Positions 11,361 through 22,405 of a stretch of DNA of 64,000 nt are shown here, in pieces; position 1 is the stretch's first letter; the number at the start of each line of letters is the position of its first letter. A model generated the notes under the pieces. The model worked only from the letters and a program-made list of their open reading frames with translations, was not told where the DNA came from and did not search any database. This DNA is from a bacterium (GTDB lineage Bacteria > UBA8248), in the NCBI GenBank assembly GCA_963692865.2, contig OY843592.1, forward strand, positions 608,001-672,000, given 5' to 3'. A program made the translations under genes and the position numbers.

Positions 11361-11915
11361 TTAGATAGACTGAAAGATTCTATCGATCTTTATTTCATCA
11401 TCAATCACTTCGGATAGTCGACATGCCTCTTGCTCTTCATGTCCAAGAGCCAAAAAAACGTCTTTGTATGCAATTGGCAGTGATGTTCCTTGCGGGTCTT
11501 TCCACTCTGGAAAGGTGTGGGTGAAATCGCTTATTTTCCACTCGTCAAGATCACCGAATTCTTCCCAAACATGCTCAAGAATTTCCCTGTCGGCTTTGCT
11601 CAGCTCATCGAAATTTTCATCGCAAATCTTTCTTGCTAGAAGAATGTCATATCCCTGTCTAGGGGATATCCACGAATCCCAACCACCTTCGACGGAGGCG
11701 ATAGCCGCGCCATTGGCAAGGTTTAGCGTATTCGACAAAACCGGCCCATAATCCATCGAGACCATACGGTCGCCTGTCATCGGCATCCCGTAACGCTTCA
11801 ATGACTCTCGCTCGGCGAGATACAAAAGTTTCATCAGTTTGAGTAGCGCAATGCGGCCATCTTCACATTGAACAAAATATGCGGCCATTTGCGCGACTTT
11901 TCGATCATTAAACAT
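11361..11915 (-). CDS. Panacea (DUF4065/SocA) domain antitoxin
   Basis: LKLMKLLYLAE...TGD...M.YGPV and S.FTH..PEW signature. Confidence 0.85.
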   Translation of the reverse strand: MFNDRKVAQMAAYFVQCEDGRIALLKLMKLLYLAERESLKRYGMPMTGDRMVSMDYGPVLSNTLNLANGAAIASVEGGWDSWISPRQGYDILLARKICDENFDELSKADREILEHVWEEFGDLDEWKISDFTHTFPEWKDPQGTSLPIAYKDVFLALGHEEQEACRLSEVIDDEIKIDRIFQSI

Positions 11916-12105
11916 GAGGATGCCCCACAAGTTCGGGGAATAGTTTGTTGCCAACTTTCAAGGCGAGGTTGTTTGCCTCATATATAGCGAATTTACATGA
12001 TTTCGCTACACATCATACACACACATTGCAAATGTAACGGAAACATCGTGATGATTCAATTAACGATTTGAAGTCCTTAAAACCATGAAATATCAAATTA
12101 TCCTC

Positions 12106-13884
12106 TCACGAAACCTCCTCCCATTCCTCGCTAAGGCGTTTCCCCATATCCGGGTCGACGAGAATCGTCTCGTGCGCCCCGAGCAGCACCTGGCCGGGAC
12201 GCCGCCCCCTGGGTTTTCTCAAGCGTGAAAAGGGAAGGTAGGCGACGGTGAGCCTGGAGTCCGTCCGGCCCCGGCTGAAATAGGCCGCGAACGCCGCCGC
12301 CTGGGCGAGCGTTTCCCTATCCGGCTCCGCAGGCGGCCCATCGCCCCCGCGGCGCAGGAGAACGTGGCTGCCCGGGACGCCTCGCGCGTGAAGCCATGTA
12401 TCGCTCGCCCGGCCCACGCTTTTGAGCATCTCGTCGTTTCCCATCGCGTTCTTCCCGACGACCACCTCCCAGCCCGCAGGGGAGACGAACCGCCTGTAGG
12501 GCCTGACGCGCGCCGCCTGCCTGCCCTTCGGACGAGCGTCTCTCTCTGATTTTCTCTCTCTCCCCCGCCCGGCGTAGCCCACCCGGGCCAGCGCTTCCTC
12601 TACGCCGGCGACATCCTCGACCTCTTCCGCCGTTTCGAGATCGAACGCCAGAGCGCCGATGAACCTCTCCTCTTCCGCCATCTCCTGTAAGCGCGCCAGC
12701 CCGGTCGAGGCGCGGCGCTTGAGCTTCTTGTAGCGGCGGAAATACTTCTGCGCGTTCTCAGACGGCGTGAGCCTGGGGTCGAGCGCAATATCGATTTGCT
12801 CCTCCTCCGCGGAGAAGGACACGGCGCTCGCCTTCTCCTCCACCTCGCCCAGATGCGCGAGCAGAAGCTCTCCTTTTCTCATAACGTCTTCCGCCTCCCC
12901 GGCGGAGGCCAAGTCCCTTCGCACCGCCTCGATGGAGGAGCGCACCCGCTCCCCCGCGCGGCGGAGCATTTTGGAGACTCCTTTTTTTCGTTCATCTAGC
13001 CGAGTGTCATGGACGATACGTCCATAAAACGCATCCGCCGCCTCATTCATGGAGTCGAAAGCGCGGTATGAGGCCACATCCACACCTGCGATTCGGGCCG
13101 CGTTCAACGCATGAGGCTCGCCGTCCGCTCCCAGAAGCCAGGCGGGGGCGAACTCCCTTCGCCGGTAGCTCTCGACCGCGCCCATCAGAGCGTCCGCCGC
13201 GCCCGTCCACCCCTCATCGGCGCAAGAGGCGCCCGCCAGCTCCCGCGCAAGTGCGGGGCTCACGCCCGCGACCGAGCGAACCAGCCAGCGCGCGAACTCC
13301 TCCTGATCGGCGGAGCCGATATCCGCCTCGCGAATCATCTCCCGGAGCGCCTCTCTCGTGAGGCCCCCCGGATTCGCCTTTTTCTGCTCGGGCGGCAACC
13401 GGTAGCTGCCGCCTCTCTCCAGAGGGCGCGGCGTGTGGGGGCCGGGCGGAACGAATCTCTTGGCTTCCAGTATCTCGCCCGTCGCGCCGCCCAGGAGCAC
13501 GAGGTTGCTCCACCGTCCCATCACCTCCGCCATGAGCGCGAAGGAATCGCCGCGCCCGGAGCCGCCCCCCCGCTCGAAAGAGAACTGGAGCACGCGCTCC
13601 CACTCTCCCGCCGCCGCGCGGGTGAGGCGCAAGCCGCTCAGGCGTTTTCTGAGCGCGCGGCAAAACGTGGGCGCCTCCGGCAGGCTCGGGGGAGGGTCTT
13701 CGCACATGTGAACGCGCGGGTGCGCGGGGTCCGCGCTCATCAGGAGGGCGCGTTTTTCTCTTCTCGCGCCCGAGAAAAAGAGGACGATTGTATGCGCGTC
13801 GGTCTGGGAGACCCTCTCCAGGCGCGCGCCGAGAAGATTCTCGCTCAATTCCGCCGAAATCGCCTGAAGGACGAAAGTATCCAT
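12106..13884 (-). CDS. rqcH: RqcH/NFACT (FbpA) ribosome quality-control protein
   Basis: EVMGRWSNLVL, ENAQKYFRRYKK and VGKNA..ND...WLHARGVPGSHV (NFACT-R). Confidence 0.88.
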   Translation of the reverse strand: MDTFVLQAISAELSENLLGARLERVSQTDAHTIVLFFSGARREKRALLMSADPAHPRVHMCEDPPPSLPEAPTFCRALRKRLSGLRLTRAAAGEWERVLQFSFERGGGSGRGDSFALMAEVMGRWSNLVLLGGATGEILEAKRFVPPGPHTPRPLERGGSYRLPPEQKKANPGGLTREALREMIREADIGSADQEEFARWLVRSVAGVSPALARELAGASCADEGWTGAADALMGAVESYRRREFAPAWLLGADGEPHALNAARIAGVDVASYRAFDSMNEAADAFYGRIVHDTRLDERKKGVSKMLRRAGERVRSSIEAVRRDLASAGEAEDVMRKGELLLAHLGEVEEKASAVSFSAEEEQIDIALDPRLTPSENAQKYFRRYKKLKRRASTGLARLQEMAEEERFIGALAFDLETAEEVEDVAGVEEALARVGYAGRGRERKSERDARPKGRQAARVRPYRRFVSPAGWEVVVGKNAMGNDEMLKSVGRASDTWLHARGVPGSHVLLRRGGDGPPAEPDRETLAQAAAFAAYFSRGRTDSRLTVAYLPFSRLRKPRGRRPGQVLLGAHETILVDPDMGKRLSEEWEEVS

Positions 13885-13998
13885 GAGCCACTCCAATCCG
13901 AGAACATCTCCTCGAAGCGCGCAAATTGACACGCCCCGAGCGGAAAATTATTGTAGACTCTTTCAGGTGGGCTGTTAACGACGCATCACGAGGCGGAC

Positions 13999-14871
13999 AT
14001 GATAGACAGCATGACGGGTTACGGCGCGGGGGAGAGGCCGCTCGGCGAGGCTTCCATCGGCGTGGAGGCGCGCTCGGTGAACCACCGCTACCTGGAGGTC
14101 ACCTGCCGGGGGCCGCGCTGGTCGCTCGCTCTGGAGGGCGAAGTGCGCGAAGCGGTGAAAAAGCGCTTCTCCCGCGGCCGTTTCGACATCTATATCCGAT
14201 CGAGCGAGGAGGGGAACCACGCATCTCCCATCGACGCGGAAGCCGCAAAATCCCTTCTCGCCACCCTGAAGTCCCTGAAAAGTGAACTGGGAGTTGCCGG
14301 TGAGGTCGATCTTTCGATACTCACCGGTTTCAGGGACCTGCTCAAAAGCGCCGAGCCCGAACCCGATAAGGACGACCTTCGGGCCGTCCTGATGGAATCG
14401 CTCGGCGACGCGCTCGATGCCCTGGGCCTCATGCGCGAAAAAGAAGGCGGGGCGCTCGCGAAAGACATTCGCGACCACCTCATCTCGGTGAAGAAGGGGT
14501 GCCAGGAAATACGCGAACGCCTGCCCGAGGCGCGCAGGCTGCTCACCGTGCGGATGCGCGAACGGATTCTCGAAATCGCGGGCGGCGTCGATATGGACGA
14601 GGGGCGTCTGGAGCAGGAGATGATCTACGCCGCAGAGCGCGGAGACATCAGCGAGGAGCTCAGCCGCCTCGACAGCCACGTCGTCCAGTTCCGCGAGATG
14701 ATCGAGGGCGAGGGGCCCATCGGACGCAAGCTCGATTTCCTCACCCAGGAGATGAACCGCGAAGCCAACACGATTTCGTCCAAATCCATCGATCTGACTC
14801 TCACCCAGAGCGCGGTCGATTTGAAGAGCGCCATCGAGAAAATCCGCGAACAAGTGCAAAACGTGGAATGA
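13999..14871 (+). CDS. yicC: YicC/YloC family endoribonuclease
   Basis: SMTGYG, SVNHRYL and GRKLDFLTQEMNREANT...IREQVQNVE. Confidence 0.93.
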   Translation: MIDSMTGYGAGERPLGEASIGVEARSVNHRYLEVTCRGPRWSLALEGEVREAVKKRFSRGRFDIYIRSSEEGNHASPIDAEAAKSLLATLKSLKSELGVAGEVDLSILTGFRDLLKSAEPEPDKDDLRAVLMESLGDALDALGLMREKEGGALAKDIRDHLISVKKGCQEIRERLPEARRLLTVRMRERILEIAGGVDMDEGRLEQEMIYAAERGDISEELSRLDSHVVQFREMIEGEGPIGRKLDFLTQEMNREANTISSKSIDLTLTQSAVDLKSAIEKIREQVQNVE

Positions 14872-15449
14872 TGCAAAGCCGAGGCCATCTCTTCGTACTC
14901 TCCGCTCCTTCGGGAGCGGGCAAGTCCACGCTCATCGACCGCTCCTGCCGGGAGCTCCCCAACATCTGGCACTCGATAAGCGCGACGACGCGGCCAAGAC
15001 GCGACTATGAACAGGACGGGGTTCATTATTATTTCATGGAGCAGCCGCAGTTCGACGAGATGATCGCCGGAAACGAATTCCTCGAATGGGCGCGCGTTTT
15101 CGAGGAATGCTACGGAACGCCCGCCGAGGCGGTCGACGCGCATCTGGCCAGGGGAAACGACGTCATCATGGACCTGGACGTCCAGGGCGCCCTTCAGGTC
15201 AAGCGAAAACGAACGGAGGCGAGTCTCGTCTTCATCATGCCGCCCTCATTGGAGGAGTTGTCCAATCGCTTGAAGCTCCGGGCGACGGAAGCCGGCGAGG
15301 ACGCCGAATACCGGCTCTCAAAAGCGCAAGAAGAGATGGCGCAAAGCTATCGGTACGACCACGTCATCATCAACGACGACCTCGACGTCGCTTCTCAGGA
15401 GTTGAGAAGAATCATCCTGCAACACCGCGGGGAGGTTGATTCGCGATGA
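14868..15449 (+). CDS. gmk: Guanylate kinase
   Basis: SAPSGAGKST, SATTR.R and DLDVQGA; ATGA overlap with yicC. Confidence 0.93.
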   Translation: MMQSRGHLFVLSAPSGAGKSTLIDRSCRELPNIWHSISATTRPRRDYEQDGVHYYFMEQPQFDEMIAGNEFLEWARVFEECYGTPAEAVDAHLARGNDVIMDLDVQGALQVKRKRTEASLVFIMPPSLEELSNRLKLRATEAGEDAEYRLSKAQEEMAQSYRYDHVIINDDLDVASQELRRIILQHRGEVDSR

Positions 15450-16684
15450 GCGAACACGCGCAGGCCCCCCTGACGGCCAAGAAAACCGTCCTCGGCGTAT
15501 CGGGCGGCATCGCCTCGTATAAATCCATCGATCTGGCGCGCCTGCTCGCACTCGACGGAGCCGAGGTGCGGACGGTCCTGACGCAAAGCGCCGCCTCTTT
15601 CGTTCAGCCGCTCCCTTTCGAGGTGCTCACGGGGGTGCCGCCCATCCAGAGGATGTTTCCGGTCGAGGGGGGCGGATTCACGGGCGACATGCCGCACATC
15701 TCCCTTTCGGACAGTGCAGACCTCATCATCATCGCGCCGGCCACGGCGAACATCATCGGAAAATTCGCGCAAGGGGTGGGAGACGACTTCCTCTCCACGC
15801 TCTTGTTGTCCGCCAAACCGCCCGTCCTCATCGCCCCCGCCATGAACCCGCGCATGTGGACGTCGCCCGCCGTTCGGGAGAACGTCGCCGCCCTGCGCGG
15901 GAGAGGCCACGTCGTCATGGAGCCGGGCGTCGGCCGAATGGCCCGCGCAGAGGAGGGAACCGGCCGGGGGCGCATGCCCGAGCCGGGGGAAATTCTTCTG
16001 GCCGCGCGCCGGATTCTGCTGCCCGAGGCGGACCTTTCGGGCATGAAGCTCGTGGTCACAGCGGGACCCACGCGGGAGAGGTGGGACGCCGTGCGTTATC
16101 TCTCGAACCGATCGAGCGGCAAGATGGGCTTCGCCCTGGCGGGAGAGGCCGCAAGGCGCGGAGCGGACGCCGTTCTCGTGAGCGGCCCCGCCACTCTCGC
16201 AGACCCGCCGGGCTTGCGCGTCGTCCGCGTGGAATCGGCCGCCGGGATGTATGAGGCGGTGAAGAACGAATGGGCGGACGCCCACGCCCTCGTCATGGCC
16301 GCCGCCGTGGCGGACTACCGCCCGGTCGATCCGTCGAGCCGAAAACGCAAAAAAGGGGACGGGCCCCTCACTGTCGAACTCGAACGAACGACGGACATAC
16401 TCGCCGAGCTCGGAAAGGACAAGGGAGGCAGGATACTGGTCGGCTTCGCCGCCGAAACCGACGAGGTGATCGAGCGCGCGAAGGAGAAACTCGCGCGAAA
16501 GGGACTGGACTTCATCGTGGCGAACAGGGTCTCGGGCGATGAGGACGCGATGGGCGCGAACACCTCGCGCGCCTGGATCGTCGACTCAAACGCGACAGAA
16601 GCGCTCCCCGTACTCGATAAAGGGGTTCTGGCGGGGCGCATCCTCGACCGACTCGCCAAAATATGGCAGAATACTTCGTCTTAA
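15446..16684 (+). CDS. coaBC: Bifunctional PPC decarboxylase/synthetase
   Basis: GGIASYK, APATAN, PAMN, TAGPTRE, SNRSSGKMG and GFAAET motifs. Confidence 0.95.
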   Translation: MSEHAQAPLTAKKTVLGVSGGIASYKSIDLARLLALDGAEVRTVLTQSAASFVQPLPFEVLTGVPPIQRMFPVEGGGFTGDMPHISLSDSADLIIIAPATANIIGKFAQGVGDDFLSTLLLSAKPPVLIAPAMNPRMWTSPAVRENVAALRGRGHVVMEPGVGRMARAEEGTGRGRMPEPGEILLAARRILLPEADLSGMKLVVTAGPTRERWDAVRYLSNRSSGKMGFALAGEAARRGADAVLVSGPATLADPPGLRVVRVESAAGMYEAVKNEWADAHALVMAAAVADYRPVDPSSRKRKKGDGPLTVELERTTDILAELGKDKGGRILVGFAAETDEVIERAKEKLARKGLDFIVANRVSGDEDAMGANTSRAWIVDSNATEALPVLDKGVLAGRILDRLAKIWQNTSS

Positions 16685-16696
16685 GTCCACTTTACG

Positions 16697-17590
16697 ATGC
16701 GCCCGCCGGTCAAGACGATGAACCACCGCGCACAACTGGCCAGAGAAATACTCGGGCATCTGAGAAGCCAGCACGCCGCCGGCATTTCTTATGTGAGCCT
16801 TGGCCCTCCCCCAGAGGCGGTTGCCGAGGCGGCGCACCCCATGACGGCTCCACCCGCACGCGCGCCAGAACCTGAAACCGCGCCCAACCCCGAACAGCAG
16901 GCCCTGATCCCGCAAGCAGCACCCGCGCCCGCACCCACCCTGGCCCCGATGGCGAAGCGCAGGGATCCCGGTCCCGAACCGCCGTCCTTGCCCTTCGACC
17001 CGGACGCGGAGATGTCGCTCGTAGAACTCGAAGCCGCCGTGGACGGCTGCCTGCGCTGCAAGCTGGGGCCGGGCCGGACGAACCTCGTGTTCGGTGTGGG
17101 GAACCCGGCGGCGAACCTCGTCATCGTCGGCGAGGCTCCGGGAGCGAACGAAGACGCGGAGGGGATTCCCTTCGTGGGCCGTGCGGGCCAGATGCTGACC
17201 AAGATGATCGAAAACGTCATCGAAGTCCCGCGCCAGGAGGTCTACATCTGCAACATCCTCAAGTGCCGCCCGCCAGGCAACCGCAACCCGGAACCGGATG
17301 AGATCGACTGCTGCGAGCCTTATCTCCACAAGCAACTCGCCGTCATACAGCCCCGGCTCATCCTGGCTTTGGGTAAATTCGCCGCGCAGTGGCTGCTCCA
17401 GACGAAGACGCCCATCGGCAGGCTGAGGGGCAAGTTCGGCCGCTACCAGGGAATCCCCTGCCTCTCGACGTATCACCCGGCATATCTCTTGAGGAACCCG
17501 CGCGACAAGAAGGTGGTGCTCGAAGACCTGCTCAAGGCGAAGGCCGTCTATCACGGAGAGACGGAGGCGGATATCGAACTCTTCCGCTAG
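16697..17590 (+). CDS. Family 4 uracil-DNA glycosylase
   Basis: C..C.L, GEAPG.NED..G.PFVG, KCRPP.NR and TYHPAYLLR; Pro/Ala-rich N-terminal linker. Confidence 0.92.
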   Translation: MRPPVKTMNHRAQLAREILGHLRSQHAAGISYVSLGPPPEAVAEAAHPMTAPPARAPEPETAPNPEQQALIPQAAPAPAPTLAPMAKRRDPGPEPPSLPFDPDAEMSLVELEAAVDGCLRCKLGPGRTNLVFGVGNPAANLVIVGEAPGANEDAEGIPFVGRAGQMLTKMIENVIEVPRQEVYICNILKCRPPGNRNPEPDEIDCCEPYLHKQLAVIQPRLILALGKFAAQWLLQTKTPIGRLRGKFGRYQGIPCLSTYHPAYLLRNPRDKKVVLEDLLKAKAVYHGETEADIELFR

Positions 17591-17966
17591 GGGGTTGTTG
17601 GAAAAGTCCCTATTGGGCCGGGTTGCGAACAGGCGTGTAGGGGCCGCATATATGCGGCCCACATACCGAGCACCGGACGGGTCGCATGGTATGTCGGACA
17701 TATATGTCCGACCCTACACTCCTCCCCCGTTCTTTCTGGCCAATCGGGCGGACACGCAGGTCCGCCCCTACGGAAACCTCGCGTATCGGGACGACACGTA
17801 GGGGCGGATCGCAAACCGCCCCTACAAGATCGGCAGGTGGGCGAGATGGTTTTGTAGGGACAGGCCTCCGTGCCTGTCCTACCCTCCGTGGTTGTCCTTT
17901 GTCAGGACAGGCACGGAGGCCTGTCCCTACGGTGAACACTCTCGGTTGGGGCGACAACAACCCCCT
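17591..17966. repeat. Repeat mosaic R3 (several GTAG-REP types inside degenerate MITE ends)
   Basis: GGGGTTGTTGGAAAAG start; GTAGGGGCCGCATATATGCGGCCC, GTCGGACATATATGTCCGAC, GTAGGGGCGGATCGCAAACCGCCCCTAC and a GTAGGGACAGGCCTCCGTGCCTGTCC doublet. Confidence 0.85.
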
Positions 17967-17987
17967 TCAGGCGAGGAATACGGCGGG

Positions 17988-18380
17988 CTATTCCGTCTCA
18001 TCCGGGTAGTTGGACACTTCGATCAGGTTCCCGTCGGGATCGCGAAAATAAAACGAGCGGATCGGCCCCGTCGCGCCGCTTTTCTCGCTCGGGCCTTCGA
18101 TGATCTCCACGCCGCAGCTTTCGACGTGCGCCATTGCCTCGTCCAAATCCGTTTTGGTGACGAGGCACACGTCCTCGGAACCCGGAACGGGCGGGTCGGC
18201 CTTGGGCTCGAACTCCGCTCCCGCCTGATGGAGATTTATCTTCTGCTCACCGAACCTCAGCGCGCGGCGGCCCCCCTCGAAAGTGATAACCTCCATGCCG
18301 AGAACTCGTGCGTAGAACGCACAGGTGCATTCTACGTCGCGCACGGTGAACACCATGTGGTCGAAGCGGTCGATTTTCAA
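17988..18380 (-). CDS. VOC family protein (GLOD5-like)
   Basis: IDRFDHMVFTV, FGEQKINLHQ and YFRDPDGNLIEVSNY; TTG start with AGGAG RBS. Confidence 0.88.
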   Translation of the reverse strand: MKIDRFDHMVFTVRDVECTCAFYARVLGMEVITFEGGRRALRFGEQKINLHQAGAEFEPKADPPVPGSEDVCLVTKTDLDEAMAHVESCGVEIIEGPSEKSGATGPIRSFYFRDPDGNLIEVSNYPDETE

Positions 18381-18617
18381 GTGCGCTCCTAAATAATACG
18401 GTGGCGCGCCACGTTGTTCTGGCAACGTTTCAGGGATCGTTTTCTCGATTTTCAGGCAATCCCGCCCACGGAGCAACCCCCTGATGATGGCCTTTGCCTC
18501 GTTCCTCGGCGCCGGTAACGGGCGTTTGATTTCCCATGCGAAATATAAGATAAGGTCTTTGCGTTTTCGCCCAAAAACCACCGGAATCACCTGCCCGTGG
18601 AAACAGGAGGAGCGTCG

Positions 18618-19397
18618 ATGGGGGAGAGGCCCGCGGCGAACCTGAGCGGCAAGGACCGCCTCATCGTCGCGCTTGACGCGCCGACGCACGCCGAAGCGCT
18701 CACGCTGGTCGAAAAACTCGAAAACGTCTCTTTCTTCAAGGTCGGCCTGGAACTCTTTCTGGCGGGGAACCTGCTCGGGTTCATCAAGGAGCTTCAGGAG
18801 CGGCGCGCAGGCCGTGGCGGGGTGTTCGTGGACTTGAAGCTCTCCGGTGACATCGGCAACACGATCGCCGGGTTCATCGAGGGCTGCATGGCCCTGAGCG
18901 TCAGGTTCGTCACGCTCACCGAGTCCATGCCTTACGTGATGACGACCAGGACGATAGAAACCGCGCTCAAAACCCGCGGAAAAGCGGAGCACCCCAAACT
19001 CCTGATGGTGCCGCTTCTTTCGAGCCTGAGCGATGATGACTTGCGAAGCGAGGGAATTACGGGAGCGGATTCAACGCAATACATACTGGAGCGGGGAGAG
19101 AAGCTTCTCGCGGAAGGCTGTGACGGTCTGATCGTTTCAGGCGACGCCATCGGGGCCTGCCGTGAGAGATTCCCGAACGCCGACATCGTAAGCCCCGGAA
19201 TCCGGCCGGCGTGGGCCGCCTCGGACGATCACAAACGTATCACGACGCCGGCGGACGCCATCCGCATGGGTTCGGACTATCTCGTCGTGGGCAGGCCCAT
19301 CACGAAAAGCGGCGACCCGCATCGCGCGGCGAAGGCGATCATCGACGAGATGGACGAAGCGCTCGAATCCAGGAATCCCGTCGCCGCGGCGGGGTAG
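18618..19397 (+). CDS. pyrF: Orotidine-5'-phosphate decarboxylase
   Basis: LIVALD, FKVG, DLKL.DI.NT, SPGIRP and YLVVGRPIT. Confidence 0.9.
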   Translation: MGERPAANLSGKDRLIVALDAPTHAEALTLVEKLENVSFFKVGLELFLAGNLLGFIKELQERRAGRGGVFVDLKLSGDIGNTIAGFIEGCMALSVRFVTLTESMPYVMTTRTIETALKTRGKAEHPKLLMVPLLSSLSDDDLRSEGITGADSTQYILERGEKLLAEGCDGLIVSGDAIGACRERFPNADIVSPGIRPAWAASDDHKRITTPADAIRMGSDYLVVGRPITKSGDPHRAAKAIIDEMDEALESRNPVAAAG

Positions 19398-19446
19398 GTT
19401 TTCGCGCCGCTAAATCCTTTCCGGGAAAACCTCCCGGCAAGCGCTT

Positions 19447-19683
19447 TTATGGGGTTTTCTCCAGTAATTTCCTAAGCGCCCTGGCGCTGTCTTCCGTGCG
19501 TTCGATCAATGGGGTATCTAGTACCTTCGCTTGATTGGCTAATATCCTCTTGCTACGCCTCGACGCCATGTGCAAGATGTATATCCAAAATCCTATCAAA
19601 GCGCACTTCACAATCCCCACTCCAGCAGCGACGTAAATGCTCCACCATTGCAATTCGAGCGTCGCTATCTGGAATTTCGTCAC
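19447..19683 (-). CDS. Small single-TM hypothetical protein (lower GC)
   Basis: GTG start; hydrophobic WSIYVAAGVGIVKCALIGFWIYIL followed by a charged helical tail. Confidence 0.4.
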   Translation of the reverse strand: MTKFQIATLELQWWSIYVAAGVGIVKCALIGFWIYILHMASRRSKRILANQAKVLDTPLIERTEDSARALRKLLEKTP

Positions 19684-19804
19684 TTCCCGTTCTCTCTCAC
19701 ATTTCATATAAGCGACGGAAAAAATATCTCCCGACGCAGCGGAAATGTCAAAGCGGAAACTTCATGGATGGAAATGCTTTTCGAAATCGATGAGGAGGTT
19801 GTTT

Positions 19805-20470
19805 TCGTAGGGATAGGCCCCCGTGCCTGTCCGAGGTCGCTCCCCCCCTTGAGGGGTTGTTGAAAAACCCCTTTCCGTCTCATCCTGAGTAGCGGCGAAG
19901 CCGCGTATCGAAGGTCAAACGCGATTGATGAATGAGCGTTTGCGAATTGCTTCTTCCTCACCCGCAATCACTCCTGATGCGTCCCAGCGAACCCTCCCTC
20001 ATCGGGGTTGTTGAAAAAGCCCATTGCAGCGCAAACCCCCTCCTTGTTCTGCACCGCCCGCCGCTCCGCCTCACCCTGAGTAGCGGCGAAGCCGCGTATC
20101 GAAGGGCGAAATGCACTCCCCATCCTTCGATACGGCGCTTACGCGCCTACTCAGGATGAGGGTTTGGGGCGCCGGGATGAGGCGGTTTCATATCTTCCTC
20201 GCTTTTGCCTTTCGGCCGGGCTCCCTCGCATCGGCCGGGAATGAAACGCCGCCGTGTATTCGCCCGTAACCGCAGATTGTCGTCATTCCGGCGCATGCCG
20301 GAATCCAGAGTCGAGGAAAATGGCGACGCTCCGGTTTTTTATCCCCCACTTATCGGCGGGAATACAGAAGAAATAAAAAACAAAGGCAAAGTCCCTGGAT
20401 TCCGGCATGCGCCGGAATGACGAACAAAACCGCACCACCTTGTAGGGACAGGTCGCGACCTGTCCCTACA
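19805..20470. repeat. Repeat mosaic R4
   Basis: GTAG-REPs, two GGGGTTGTTGAAAAA ends, CCTGAGTAGCGGCGAAGCCGCGTATCGAAGG x2, an inverted GTCATTCCGGC...GCCGGAATCCAG pair and the palindrome GTAGGGACAGGTCGCGACCTGTCCCTAC. Confidence 0.85.
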
Positions 20471-20548
20471 AGGTATCGCCTGCCCCGATTATTTGGTTTG
20501 TCGTCTTGCCGTTTTCGCGCGCCGAGTTATGCGCGCAACTCCACCCCC

Positions 20549-21991
20549 TCACTTATCCTTCCTTCTCGCCCTTCTGCCCGGCATGGCGGGGTCGGTGGGG
20601 CGGCGGTCGTCCATGGACTTCTCGTCGGGCAGGTTCAGGCGCTCGCCCAGGCGTTCGTTCAGTATCTCCTCGCGGGTGGCGAGCCTTTTCCGGACCTCCG
20701 CCTCGAACCCGCGCGAGGTGGGATGGTAAAACCGCGTCCCCTGCAGGCCCTCGGGCATGCCCTCCATCTCCACGACCGCGTCGTCGAACTCGTGCGCGTG
20801 GCGGTAGCCCTCGCCGTAGCCGAGGTCGCGCATGAGGCCGGTGGGCGCGTTCCTCAAATGATGCGGGACGGGCGCGGCGTCTTGCTCGCGCACGGCGCGC
20901 TCGGCGGCCCCGAAGCCCCGGTAGACCGCATCGCTCTTTGGCGCCTGGGCGAGATAGACCACCGCCTGGGCGATGGCGAGCTTCCCCTCGGGGAGGCCGA
21001 TGAAATGAAACGCCCCCTGCGCGGCGGTCGCCACGGCGAGCGCGTTCGGGTCCGCCATGCCGATGTCTTCCGACGCGAAGCGCACGAGACGCCGCAGGAT
21101 GTACATGGGGTCTTCGCCCCCCTCCAGCATGCGCGCGAGCCAGTAGAGGGCGGCGTCGGGGTCGGAAGCCCGCAGGGTCTTGTGGAGGGCCGAGATGAGG
21201 TTGTAGTGCTCCTCGCCCGACTTGTCGTAGAGAAGCGTCTTGCGCTGGGCGGCCTCGCTCACCAACTTTGAGTCGATGCGGCGATCTTCGCGGGCGAGGG
21301 CGGCGGCGGCTTCGAGGATGTTCAAGGCCGAGCGTGCGTCCCCGCTGCTCAAGACCGCGACGCGGCGCAGGGCGGCGTCTTCGGCTTCGAGCTTCATGGC
21401 GCCCAGACCCCGCTCGGCGTCTTCCAGGGCGCGGCGCAGAAGCGCGACGATATGCTCTTCCTTCAAGCCTTCCAGCACGAACACGCGCGCGCGGGAGAGC
21501 AGGGGCGCGATGACCTCGAAGGAGGGGTTTTCCGTCGTCGCTCCGATGAGCGTCAGCGTTCCGTTTTCGACGTGGGGCAGGAGGCCGTCCTGCTGGGCCT
21601 TGTTGAAACGGTGAATCTCGTCGATGAACAGAATCGTGCGCATCTTTCTTTGCCGCATGCGCTTCGCCTCGTCCACGGCGGCGCGCAACTCCTTCACCCC
21701 GTGGAGCACCGCGCTCAGCGTGATGAAGTGCGCGTTCGTCCTCCCGGCGATGATGCGCGCGAGCGTCGTCTTGCCCGTGCCGGGCGGCCCCCAGAAAATG
21801 AGCGGGCGTAAGCTGTCTTCCTCCACGGCGCGCCTCAACACGCGGCCCGGCCCGATCAGGCGCTCCTGGCCCAGGACCTCGTCGAGCGTACGGGGCCGCA
21901 TGCGCTCGGCCAGGGGCGCCCCCGGATCGACCCGGGGCGTCTGCGTCTCACCTGCGCCGCCTTCCGTCTGCCCGAACAGGCTTCTCTCCAA
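20549..21991 (-). CDS. rarA: Replication-associated recombination protein A
   Basis: [32 protein letters not shown] and ASEDIG.ADP. Confidence 0.95.
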   Translation of the reverse strand: MERSLFGQTEGGAGETQTPRVDPGAPLAERMRPRTLDEVLGQERLIGPGRVLRRAVEEDSLRPLIFWGPPGTGKTTLARIIAGRTNAHFITLSAVLHGVKELRAAVDEAKRMRQRKMRTILFIDEIHRFNKAQQDGLLPHVENGTLTLIGATTENPSFEVIAPLLSRARVFVLEGLKEEHIVALLRRALEDAERGLGAMKLEAEDAALRRVAVLSSGDARSALNILEAAAALAREDRRIDSKLVSEAAQRKTLLYDKSGEEHYNLISALHKTLRASDPDAALYWLARMLEGGEDPMYILRRLVRFASEDIGMADPNALAVATAAQGAFHFIGLPEGKLAIAQAVVYLAQAPKSDAVYRGFGAAERAVREQDAAPVPHHLRNAPTGLMRDLGYGEGYRHAHEFDDAVVEMEGMPEGLQGTRFYHPTSRGFEAEVRKRLATREEILNERLGERLNLPDEKSMDDRRPTDPAMPGRRARRKDK

Positions 21992-22405
21992 GGCGCTCTC
22001 CTTTTCAACAAAACGACCTATCGAAACACCCGTTTTTCACCTTCCTGGATACCTGGCGCTCATTCAAACAAAGGAAAACTTTTCAACTTATCGATATTAT
22101 TTCAAACGACTGCTTTGATCAATTTTGCCTGGTATCCGCCTTTCAAAACATGCAATCAAAACGAATACGGATTCACTGAAACGCCTGCGCGTCCCGCCGT
22201 GTCCTCGGGTCATCGCGCAGACCGGCATCGTCTTTCGCCCGGGCGCCGAGGGTTATGACCACCTCGCCCGTCAGGCGCGTTGCGAAGGCGGTATCGGCAA
22301 GGACCGCGAATACGCGATGGTGGACGATTTCATCGGCCGGGCCGGCCGGCGATTGCGCGCGGCCGGATCGGGAAACAGGGAGGCAGGATCGTCCGGGCCA
22401 TTGTA

